The translations under genes were made by a program, and so were the position numbers. 64,000 nucleotides of DNA, taken from assembly GCA_963822945.1 (NCBI GenBank), contig CAWGJO010000001.1, positions 1-64,000 on the forward strand, in the 5' to 3' direction. Below, piece by piece: positions 21,363 through 29,279 of the stretch; within the stretch, counting starts at the first letter, position 1, and every line of letters begins with the position of its first letter. Below the pieces are notes generated by a model. That model made no database searches, was not told the origin of the DNA, and worked only from the letters and a program-made list of their open reading frames with translations. The stretch is from an uncultured Gemmatimonadaceae bacterium. Lineage in GTDB: Bacteria > Gemmatimonadota > Gemmatimonadetes > Gemmatimonadales > Gemmatimonadaceae.

Positions 21363-21379
21363 AGTTTGTAACGCAAACT
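21363..21379. promoter_or_regulatory. Palindromic operator candidate AGTTTG-N5-CAAACT
   Basis: Perfect 6-bp inverted repeat 17 nt upstream of the ATG of the membrane protein/wHTH cassette. Confidence 0.6.
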
Positions 21380-21396
21380 ATCCTGAGGTGCACACC

Positions 21397-21999
21397 ATGA
21401 CCAATCCCCCCCGTTCGTCTCTCGAAGCGCGCGTCTATCAGGCCTATTGGCAGGACGGTTCACTGGATATCGCCGTGGGAGTGGCCGCGCTGTTCATGGG
21501 CATGGCCTGGCTGGCCGGCATGGTCTGGCTAGGGGCCGTCGTGCCGGCCGTCCTCATTCCGGTCTGGGCCGCGTTCCGGAAGCGCGTCGTCGAGCCGCGA
21601 TTGGGGGAGGTGCGCTTCCAGACCACCCGGCGTCGGCGCGTGCGGCACGGTCTGCTTCTGCTCGTCGTCGTCGGGCTGGCGGTGTTCGCTTTGGCGATGG
21701 CCGGCTGGATCGTCGCCCGCCAGCAGGGTGGATCGGCTGATTGGCTGCGGGCGGCATCCCCGGCGCTCCCCGGTACGCTGCTCGGAATCGGCGGCATCCT
21801 CGCGGCACTGATGTTCGGGCTCGGCCGGCTCGCCGTCTACGGCGGCGTGTTCATCGCGGCGGCCATCGGCGTCGCGTGGCAAGACGCCGACCCCGCCTGG
21901 GCGTTCCTGGCCGGCGGCGTCATCGCGATGGTCCGCGGTCTGTGGCTCATGGGCCGCTTCCTCCACGCCTTTCCGGCGCTGCCCGATCACGTGGACTGA
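21397..21999 (+). CDS. Hypothetical multi-pass membrane protein
   Basis: About 6 hydrophobic segments; QDG and VVEPRLG motifs; RBS GAGGTG; coupled to the downstream regulator. Confidence 0.75.
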   Translation: MTNPPRSSLEARVYQAYWQDGSLDIAVGVAALFMGMAWLAGMVWLGAVVPAVLIPVWAAFRKRVVEPRLGEVRFQTTRRRRVRHGLLLLVVVGLAVFALAMAGWIVARQQGGSADWLRAASPALPGTLLGIGGILAALMFGLGRLAVYGGVFIAAAIGVAWQDADPAWAFLAGGVIAMVRGLWLMGRFLHAFPALPDHVD

Positions 22000-22002
22000 C
22001 CG

Positions 22003-22338
22003 ATGCGCGCCCTCCCGCTCGATCCCAAAGCCGTCGCATCGCTCGACAAGGTCCTCCACGAGCCGGCGCGTCTGAGCGTCGTCGCATGCCTCGCCGTCGT
22101 GGACGAAGCCGACTTCGTGTTCATCCAGTCGCAGACGGGTATGACCGGCGGCAATCTCTCGTCCCATATCAGAAAACTCGAAGAGGCCGGCTACATCTCG
22201 GTGCGGAAGGAATTTCAGGATGCCCGCCCCCGTACCTCCCTCCGTCTCACGAAGGCGGGGCGCACCGCGGTGATCGGCTATCTCGCGACGATGCGCCGCC
22301 TGCTCAGCGTGATGGGCGGCGTGGAAGCGCCGGGATGA
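22003..22338 (+). CDS. Winged-helix transcriptional regulator (MarR/ArsR-like, HTH_34 type)
   Basis: LHEPARLSVVACL, TGGNLSSHIRKLEEAGYI, RPRTSLRLTKAG. Confidence 0.9.
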   Translation: MRALPLDPKAVASLDKVLHEPARLSVVACLAVVDEADFVFIQSQTGMTGGNLSSHIRKLEEAGYISVRKEFQDARPRTSLRLTKAGRTAVIGYLATMRRLLSVMGGVEAPG

Positions 22339-22350
22339 GGCGCCGGGCGA

Positions 22351-24216
22351 CTACGGCGCCCGTGTGCCGGCCGCCGCGGAATCCGCGAGCGGCACGAATT
22401 CGTACCCGGTACCGTCCACGGTCCTCGCGGTGAGCAGGAACGGGGTGTAGCCCGGATAGCGCGCGATCAGCGTGGTGTCGTCGGCGCCCAGGTCGCGCGC
22501 CACGACGACCGGTCCATGAAACTCGCCCCTTAGGTTCTCGGCGTACATCGCCGTGAAGAAGGACTTGGTCACGTCCTTCGACAGGTCCCGGACGAAGACG
22601 AGCACCCGGCCGTGCTCGGCGCGCGCCCGGTCGATGGCCTGCAGGATGGGCACGTAGGGGCGTGCGCGATTGGCCCGCGTGGCCATCCATGGGCCGACGA
22701 CGGCTACCCCGCTCGCGAGCATGAGCACCACGATGGCCGCGGCCGCAACCGGCCGCCGATCCGCAATCCTGACCACGAGCCAGGCTGTCCCGACCATGGC
22801 CAGCGGCAGCAACTCGAAGAAGAAGCGAAAGTCCGCGTAGAAGTAGAAGAAGTACGCGGCCGGGAGCAGCGCAAACGGAAGCACCAGACGCCACCGAACG
22901 CGCGCGCCGGTCTGGCCGGCCAGAAAGGCGAGCGGCACGACCAGCGACGCCGGCCAGAACACCGCGAGCATCCTCCTGACGCCACGCGCCGTGTTCACCG
23001 TCGCGGCATAGAGGTTGAACGGATAGACATCGAGCGAAGGGAGCCCGCTCGTGCCGTATCGCACGAATCCGCGCGGCCCGAATCCGAGTGCGTGGAACCC
23101 ACGTTCGGCGAGCGCGTATCCGAAGCGGAGCGGGGAACCGGTGGTGTACGCGTTGTAGTAGAACAGGTATGCCAGGGGGAGGACGGCGCCGGCGAGCATG
23201 GCCGTTCCCGCCCGGACCATCTGGTCGCGCGACGGCCGTTCGAGGAGCCACGCGAACAGCAGCATCGCCGTCCACAGGGCGACCGCCGTGAGGGGCCGCG
23301 TGGCGAATTCCCACCCGGCCAGCAAACCGGCCGCCCCGAACAGCCCGGCTTGCGTTCGCCGGTGCGCCGATCGGAGCCCGGCGATGAGCACGGCGCCCGC
23401 CGCCGTCATCAACGTTGCGGAGAACACCTCGCTGAAGAACGTCATGGAATAGAACAGCTCCAGTCCGCTGATCGCGACGAGTGTGGCGGCGAGCAGACCC
23501 GTCCCGCGTGAGGCCACCATCCGGCCGAACACGTAAGTGGCCGCGATCAGCGCAAGGTGGAGCCCGAGGAGCAACACCCAGTGGCCGATCGCTCCGGGGA
23601 ACCACGCGAGCATCAGCGGCCAGCCCGGCGGATATTGGCCGTTGAGGAAGTCGCCACGAACGTAGGCCTGTTGGAGCGCGAAAAAGCGCGCCAGGTGGGC
23701 GTCGAGCGACTGCATGAAGGGCGGATGAAACGCGTGTTGCGCCTGGAGCAGGTAGAGGACCTCGTCGATGATGTACGGACGGATTCCGCCAGTGGCGCGG
23801 ACGCAGAGCAGCCACGACACGGCCGCGGCCACGACGAGCACCGACACGTGCATCGGAACCCGGAACCGGAATGCCGCCGCATCGTAGTCGGGCGGCACCA
23901 GCGTGAGGACGAACCCCCAGGCCAGCATGAGCCGCACGAGCGGCCAGGCCACGGCGAGTACCGACAGGTGCTCGCCGATGCCGACGCACGCCACCACGAG
24001 GGTGATCGATCCGCCGGCGTACGCGACCAGGCGACCAAGTTCCCGTCGCGTCAGATGCGGCGCCACGCGGGCAACCTGGAGTGCGAACAGCAAGGTCGAG
24101 ACGAGGAGGGCGGATCGGAGGTCGAGCCAATTGCCCGTCAGCAGCGGGGGGGCGCCGATCACCGCCACGCCCATGAAGGCGGTAGCGGCGTACGACCGCC
24201 AGGGGCGGCTATTCAA
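22351..24216 (-). CDS. GT-C fold (ArnT/PMT, GT39-like) membrane glycosyltransferase
   Basis: Many TM segments, IDEVLYLLQA loop motif, YPPGWP, TRP, YNAYTTGSP; start uncertain. Confidence 0.7.
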   Translation of the reverse strand: MNSRPWRSYAATAFMGVAVIGAPPLLTGNWLDLRSALLVSTLLFALQVARVAPHLTRRELGRLVAYAGGSITLVVACVGIGEHLSVLAVAWPLVRLMLAWGFVLTLVPPDYDAAAFRFRVPMHVSVLVVAAAVSWLLCVRATGGIRPYIIDEVLYLLQAQHAFHPPFMQSLDAHLARFFALQQAYVRGDFLNGQYPPGWPLMLAWFPGAIGHWVLLLGLHLALIAATYVFGRMVASRGTGLLAATLVAISGLELFYSMTFFSEVFSATLMTAAGAVLIAGLRSAHRRTQAGLFGAAGLLAGWEFATRPLTAVALWTAMLLFAWLLERPSRDQMVRAGTAMLAGAVLPLAYLFYYNAYTTGSPLRFGYALAERGFHALGFGPRGFVRYGTSGLPSLDVYPFNLYAATVNTARGVRRMLAVFWPASLVVPLAFLAGQTGARVRWRLVLPFALLPAAYFFYFYADFRFFFELLPLAMVGTAWLVVRIADRRPVAAAAIVVLMLASGVAVVGPWMATRANRARPYVPILQAIDRARAEHGRVLVFVRDLSKDVTKSFFTAMYAENLRGEFHGPVVVARDLGADDTTLIARYPGYTPFLLTARTVDGTGYEFVPLADSAAAGTRAP

Positions 24217-24432
24217 CGGGCGAACTCATCGGCATTGCGCACGCCTGCAGCTACGTCCACGGGCGTCGGATTGCGGTGGGCATGCGGCGAATCTATTCTC
24301 GGGGCCCGCGACGACAAGCAGTTGGGGTACTCCGCCGGCGTGGCGGGAGGGTGCCGGTCACGGATTGGTCGACAGGGGCGGGGGGACCACGATGCCGGTG
24401 CAGCTTCACCCGATGCGCGCCGTCCCGGGCTC

Positions 24433-25656
24433 TCAGGTGACGCACGCGAGCGCGCGTTCGGCAATTTCGCTGCCGATGGCCAGCGCGGCGGTCGCCGCGG
24501 GACTCGGCGCATTCAGCACGTGCAGGGAGCGCTCTCCCTCCGCGAACGCGAAGTCGTCGACGAGTGTGCCGTCGGGGCGCAGTGCCTGCGCCCGGATGCC
24601 CGCCGGCCGCGGTTCGAGCATCTCGGCCCGGACCCGGGGCACGAGCTTCTGGAGCGCCCGGACGAATGCGGCCTTGGAGAACGACCGGTGCACCTCGCCG
24701 AGTCCCATGCGCCAGTGGGCCGCGGCCAGCCGTCGGAAACCGGAAAAGCGGAGCGTCTCCAGGGCATCGCGCACGTTGAGGGACAGGCGGCCATAGGCTT
24801 CGCGTCCGAGCGCCAATACCGCGTTCGGCCCGCACTCGATGCCGCCCTGCACCATGCGCGTGAAGTGCACGCCGAGGAAGGGGAAGGCGGGATCCGGGAC
24901 GGGGTAGATCAGGTTTCGAACGAGCGTCGGCGCGTCCGCCCGGAAGGCGTAGTACTCGCCGCGGAAGGGCGTGATGCGGAGGGGAGGCGCCAGGTGGTCG
25001 AGTCGCGCCACGCGGTCGCTGTACTGACCCGCGCAGTTGACGAAATAGCGGGTGGAGTACTCCTCGCCGCCCGCCGATACCACACGAACGCCGTCGCCGT
25101 GTTGCAGGCGATTGACCCGGCGGCCCGTCTCCACCCGTCCGCCCGCCCCCTCGATGAGCGCGACGAGCTGTCTGCACACGGCGACATAGTCGACGATGCC
25201 GGTTTCGGGCACGTGCAGAGCGGCGATCCCGGCGGCATCCGGTTCGATCTCGAGCAATCCGAGCCTGTCGACCCGAGTGACGCCGGACAGCCCGTTGGCA
25301 GCGGCGCGCGCCTCGAGCACCTGCAACCGGGGCAGTTCCGCCTCCGACGTGGCGACGATGACCTTGCCGCAGACTTCGTGCGCGACGCCGTACGCATTCG
25401 CGAAGTCCAGCAGTTGGTGGTACCCGGTGCGACAGAGGCGGGCCTTGGCGCTATCCGGCTTGTAGTAAATGCCCGAGTGGATGACGCCGCTGTTGCGACC
25501 CGTCTGGTGGCGCGCGACGGCCGCCTCCTTCTCGAGCACGAGCACGCGTGCGTCGGTGGCTTGCTGGGTGAGGCGCCACGCGGTGGCCAGTCCAACGATG
25601 CCGCCGCCGGCGATCAGGAAGTCGTAGGGATGGGAGGATGACTGCATGCCGGTCAT
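24433..25656 (-). CDS. lhgO: L-2-hydroxyglutarate oxidase (FAD-dependent)
   Basis: GGGIVGLATA, HQTGRNSGVIHSGIYY, CGKVIVA, FRGEYY, IYPVPDPAFPFLGVHFT, GIRAQA, NAPSPAATA. Confidence 0.93.
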   Translation of the reverse strand: MTGMQSSSHPYDFLIAGGGIVGLATAWRLTQQATDARVLVLEKEAAVARHQTGRNSGVIHSGIYYKPDSAKARLCRTGYHQLLDFANAYGVAHEVCGKVIVATSEAELPRLQVLEARAAANGLSGVTRVDRLGLLEIEPDAAGIAALHVPETGIVDYVAVCRQLVALIEGAGGRVETGRRVNRLQHGDGVRVVSAGGEEYSTRYFVNCAGQYSDRVARLDHLAPPLRITPFRGEYYAFRADAPTLVRNLIYPVPDPAFPFLGVHFTRMVQGGIECGPNAVLALGREAYGRLSLNVRDALETLRFSGFRRLAAAHWRMGLGEVHRSFSKAAFVRALQKLVPRVRAEMLEPRPAGIRAQALRPDGTLVDDFAFAEGERSLHVLNAPSPAATAALAIGSEIAERALACVT

Positions 25657-26084
25657 GAGGGGGTGGTTCGGGGAGAAGCGAGGCGATCGTCCCGTAACGG
25701 CGCCGTTCGCAGGGTCATATGTAAGTCCCGTACCTCGGGGGGACCAGAAAAGTGCTTGACATGTCAACGAACGGCCCCGCGACGGTTCCGACAGACGGCG
25801 GTCGCGCTCGGCCATCCCGGATGCATCAAGGTGGGGCATGGAGTCGACGGAGCCCGTTCCGCATGGTATACTCGGACGGAGATGCGTACGCGTCCGGGTT
25901 GGCCGCAGGGGACTTGGTGGGCTCCCAATCGAGCGACCAGCCGCCGCCAGCCGATCGGGGTGATTTCCCGGGCGCAAAATGGCGTCCGTTGGGCCGCCGA
26001 GGAGGAGGGTGTCGAAATCGCTGCGCCCGGAGTGTGGCTCGGATGACTACCGGTGCGATATCGGCATGTCTTTCGGGCGCTTGG

Positions 26085-26100
26085 CGGCATGTAAATTGCT
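26085..26100 (+). promoter_or_regulatory. Sigma54 (-24/-12) promoter candidate for the RiPP operon
   Basis: CGGCATGTAAATTGCT matches TGGCACG-N4-TTGC(A/T) with exact GG-N10-GC spacing, about 55 nt before the PqqD ATG. Confidence 0.6.
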
Positions 26101-26154
26101 ACCACTCATGGCGGTTGCTCCGATCATCTGCCCTCCCCAGCCCGAGCTGTCCCG

Positions 26155-26445
26155 ATGGAGTCGGCCTTGACCGAAGACGTTCTGCCCGGCCGTCGCGAAG
26201 CCGTCGTGTTCCAGACGGTTTCCGATGGCGCCATCCTCCTCCATACGGAGGAGGAGGTTTACTACGGCCTGAACGCAGTGGCGGTGCGCGTGTGGGAACT
26301 CCTTCCGGACCATCGGGATCTCGGCGAACTGTGCGCTTGCTTGAGCGCTGAGTACCCGGATGTGGCGCCCGAACAACTCCGGACCGACGTGGCGGAGTTG
26401 CTGGACGCGCTGGAGCGCGCCGGGCTGGTGGTGCCGCGATCATGA
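26155..26445 (+). CDS. PqqD family RiPP recognition element (lasso B1/E protein)
   Basis: DGAILLHTEEEVYYGLNAVAVRVWELL...LSAEYPDV...DVAELLDALERAGLV, a classic stand-alone RRE. Confidence 0.92.
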   Translation: MESALTEDVLPGRREAVVFQTVSDGAILLHTEEEVYYGLNAVAVRVWELLPDHRDLGELCACLSAEYPDVAPEQLRTDVAELLDALERAGLVVPRS

Positions 26446-26912
26446 TGGCACAGGCGCGATCCCGCGTGGGGGCGCTGGCCCGGCTGCCCGCCCTTTCGGC
26501 CCGTGACCTCGCGTGGGTGGGGCGGGCGCAGTGGTACCTGCTGGGCGCGCGTCTCTCGCTCCTTCTGACGCCGCGAGGCCGGCTGTTGGCCGCCGTGCCC
26601 GCGGCGGAGGCCGGGAAGGCACCGGGCGGAGACGCGATGGCTCGTTCGCGGCGAGTGGCTCTCGCCGTGGATCGTGCGGCGCAGTACGGGCTGTTCTCGC
26701 CGACGTGTCTGGTGCGTGCGATCGCGCTCGAGCGGATGTTGACGCGTGAAGGCGTCGCGGGCGCGGTGGTTCGCATCGGCGCGCGTCAGCGGGCGGCACG
26801 GCCGGAGATGCACGCGTGGATCGAGGTCGGCGGTGTCGTGATCGGCGAGCGACCGGAAGTGGCCGGTGCGTTCACGCCGCTCCACGACTTCACGGCGGTA
26901 CGGCGCGTATGA
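26442..26912 (+). CDS. Lasso peptide biosynthesis B2 protein (transglutaminase-like leader peptidase)
   Basis: PTCLVRAIAL (catalytic Cys), VVRIG, HAWIE (His, Trp, Glu); ATGA overlap with the RRE gene. Confidence 0.92.
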   Translation: MMAQARSRVGALARLPALSARDLAWVGRAQWYLLGARLSLLLTPRGRLLAAVPAAEAGKAPGGDAMARSRRVALAVDRAAQYGLFSPTCLVRAIALERMLTREGVAGAVVRIGARQRAARPEMHAWIEVGGVVIGERPEVAGAFTPLHDFTAVRRV

Positions 26913-27025
26913 GCGGATTTCATGGGGGACCTCGGCTGGACCAGGGACCCTGCTTTCAGTTGCGGGACGGGCCCGCATCCAGCGCGAGCCTGCCGCTCGC
27001 ACGTTCTACATAACCTCGGGGGACC

Positions 27026-27169
27026 ATGTACGAGAAACCGAAGCTGGAACGGTACGGCACGCTCCGAGAACTCACGTTGCTTGGGTTCGAACACCACTGG
27101 GATGGCGGCCATTTCGGCCATCATTTCTTCGGTGGGGGGTGGACCGATCACGAGAGTGATCGATCCTGA
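27026..27169 (+). CDS. Lasso-type RiPP precursor peptide (47 aa), absent from the ORF track
   Basis: Manual translation MYEKPKLERYGTLRELTLLGFEHHWDGGHFGHHFFGGGWTDHESDRS; YxxPxL...G...LT leader motif, GGGGGA RBS, Asp at core position 8, C-terminal Ser. Confidence 0.9.
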   Translation: MYEKPKLERYGTLRELTLLGFEHHWDGGHFGHHFFGGGWTDHESDRS

Positions 27170-27228
27170 CGAGCATGAGAGCGGGCGGCGTCGGTCTGGT
27201 TGACGGCGCCGTCCGGCTCTCGGGCCGC

Positions 27229-28179
27229 ATGCACTGCTATCATCTCTTCGGCGGCATCCTCGCCTCCGAGATCGAATTTCCCGGGTTGCCGTCCGCTCCC
27301 CCGGGGAAAGGACGCTGGTCGCTGACGTGCGCCGCGCCGCCGGCGTCCGCGGACCCGTTGCCGCGGCTGGGCGCCGAGGCGGTGACGGGGCGCGTGCGGG
27401 TGGTGTTGCGCGGCTCGCCGTCGCGGTTCCGATTGACATATGACGACACCGGTGCATTCGAAATAACTGATGGCGGTCGGCGAATCGTCTGGCATCGGCC
27501 GGCCGGTGCATCGGTCGACCTCCGGAACGTGCGGGCCGATATCCTGGGGCGCGTGGTGGCCGTGGCGCTCGCCGCCGCCGGGATTCCCACGTTCCACGGG
27601 AGCGGCGTGGCGCTGGGCGGCCGGGGCGTGCTCTTTCTGGCGCCCAAGCGACATGGAAAGTCGACGGCGGCGGCGGCCCTCGTACGGGCCGGTGCGCGAC
27701 TCTGGGGGACGACACGATCGGCGTGGTGCCCGGGGCGCGAGCCAATGGTGCTGCCGGGCGTTCCGGCGGTGAACCTGTGGCGCGACGCGGCACGTTGGCT
27801 CCAACCGACGGCCGTACTGGGTGAAACCGGCCGCAAACGGCGAATCAACTGGGGCAGCCTCGGCGAGCGCGCTGAGCATCCGGTGCCGCTGGGGGCCGTG
27901 TATCTCCTGGATCCCGCCGACGCGGGGGAAGTACGGCGGGAACCGCTGCCTGCGGTGCCGGCGGCGCTGGCCCTTGTTGGGCAAGCCAAGATCGGCGCGT
28001 TGCTGGGGCCCGGACACGCCCCCACGCTGTTGGCACAATGCGTGCGCCTGTCGGCGGCCGTTCCCGTGTATCGGCTCACGGTGCCGCGAGATCTGAGTCG
28101 CATCGGCGAACTGGTGCGATGCGTGGGCGAGTGGCACGACACGCCACTGCGGGCTGCGGGCGGAGCGCCGGTGCCGTGA
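27229..28179 (+). CDS. HPr-kinase-like RiPP kinase
   Basis: FHGSGV (conserved His), FLAPKRHGKST P-loop; the GDD motif is present in a shifted frame at 27705-27713; N-terminal YHLFGGILASEIEFP. Confidence 0.82.
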   Translation: MHCYHLFGGILASEIEFPGLPSAPPGKGRWSLTCAAPPASADPLPRLGAEAVTGRVRVVLRGSPSRFRLTYDDTGAFEITDGGRRIVWHRPAGASVDLRNVRADILGRVVAVALAAAGIPTFHGSGVALGGRGVLFLAPKRHGKSTAAAALVRAGARLWGTTRSAWCPGREPMVLPGVPAVNLWRDAARWLQPTAVLGETGRKRRINWGSLGERAEHPVPLGAVYLLDPADAGEVRREPLPAVPAALALVGQAKIGALLGPGHAPTLLAQCVRLSAAVPVYRLTVPRDLSRIGELVRCVGEWHDTPLRAAGGAPVP

Positions 28180-29279
28180 CACCGGGCGCGGCCGCTGCCG
28201 ACTCGGACGGGGGCGCGCCGGCCACGACGTTCGCCGACCCGCATGGCGGGCCCACCATCATCCGCATCCGCGGGCTCGAGAAGCGTTTCTCGACCCGCCG
28301 TTCCCTCGGGCAGTGGGTGGGGCGTCCCCGGAGGCGGGCGCCGGTAACCGCGCTTGCGGGCGTCGCGCTCGACATCCCGCGCGGCGGCTTCTTCGGGCTG
28401 CTCGGTCCGAACGGCGCCGGCAAGACCACGCTCTTCAAGATCCTGGCGACGCTCGTGCGGCCCGAGGCGGGCGTGGTCGAAGTGGACGGCATCGACGCGC
28501 TGCGTGAACCCGCCGCGGTGCGCGCGGTATTGACCCCGGTGATCGCCGACGAGCGGAGCCTGTACTGGCGGTTGTCGGGTCCCGAGAATCTCCGGCTGTA
28601 CGCCGCGCTGTACGGAGTGCCCAAGTCGCGTCGCGATCCTCGCATCCGGTCGCTGCTCGAGACGGTGGGTCTTGGCGACGCCGGGGATCGCATGGTGGGC
28701 ACGTATTCCTCGGGAATGAAGCAGCGCCTGCTGATCGCCCGCGCGCTCCTCTCGCGGCCGTCGGTGCTGCTCCTCGACGAGCCGACGCGTAGTCTCGATC
28801 CGGTGAGCGCCCGCGACTTTCGACGGTTTCTGCGCGAAGAGGTGGCCGGACGCCAGGGATGCACCGTTGTACTTGCCACGCACAACGCGGACGAGGCGTT
28901 CGATCTGTGCGAGCGGCTCGCCGTACTGAATCGCGGGGTTCTGATAGCGACGGGCACGGCCGATTCCCTGGCCCGTGCGGCCGCCACCGAGCGATGCCGG
29001 ATCACCGTGGCAGCGTCCGAGTCGGCGAGGGCCGTCGCCGTCGCGGAGAAGAGCGGGTTCGTCGGCTTCGCCCCGAGCGCGTCGACGGACGACGGGTGGG
29101 TGGTGCTCGAGGGACCGGCGGACGGCGGCGCGGCGCGAACGGCGGACTTGAACGCGCTGCTGCTGGGTGCCGGGATCCCGGTGGCCGCCGTCGAGCCGGT
29201 GCGGTTGGCGCTCGCCGACCTCATCGAGGGGTTGGTGGCACGGGCGCGGAAGCCGGCCGCCCTCGAGGTCGCGCCGTGA
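28176..29279 (+). CDS. ABC-2 type exporter ATP-binding subunit
   Basis: GPNGAGKTT, YSSGMKQR, LLLDEPT, ATH; GTGA overlap with the kinase gene. Confidence 0.93.
   Translation: MTPGAAAADSDGGAPATTFADPHGGPTIIRIRGLEKRFSTRRSLGQWVGRPRRRAPVTALAGVALDIPRGGFFGLLGPNGAGKTTLFKILATLVRPEAGVVEVDGIDALREPAAVRAVLTPVIADERSLYWRLSGPENLRLYAALYGVPKSRRDPRIRSLLETVGLGDAGDRMVGTYSSGMKQRLLIARALLSRPSVLLLDEPTRSLDPVSARDFRRFLREEVAGRQGCTVVLATHNADEAFDLCERLAVLNRGVLIATGTADSLARAAATERCRITVAASESARAVAVAEKSGFVGFAPSASTDDGWVVLEGPADGGAARTADLNALLLGAGIPVAAVEPVRLALADLIEGLVARARKPAALEVAP

Noticed and set aside
25752..26351. 199-aa ORF in the lhgO-PqqD intergenic region as a possible missing cyclase fragment
   Set aside because: No AsnB motifs (for example LSGGLDS), and it overlaps the RRE gene out of frame.
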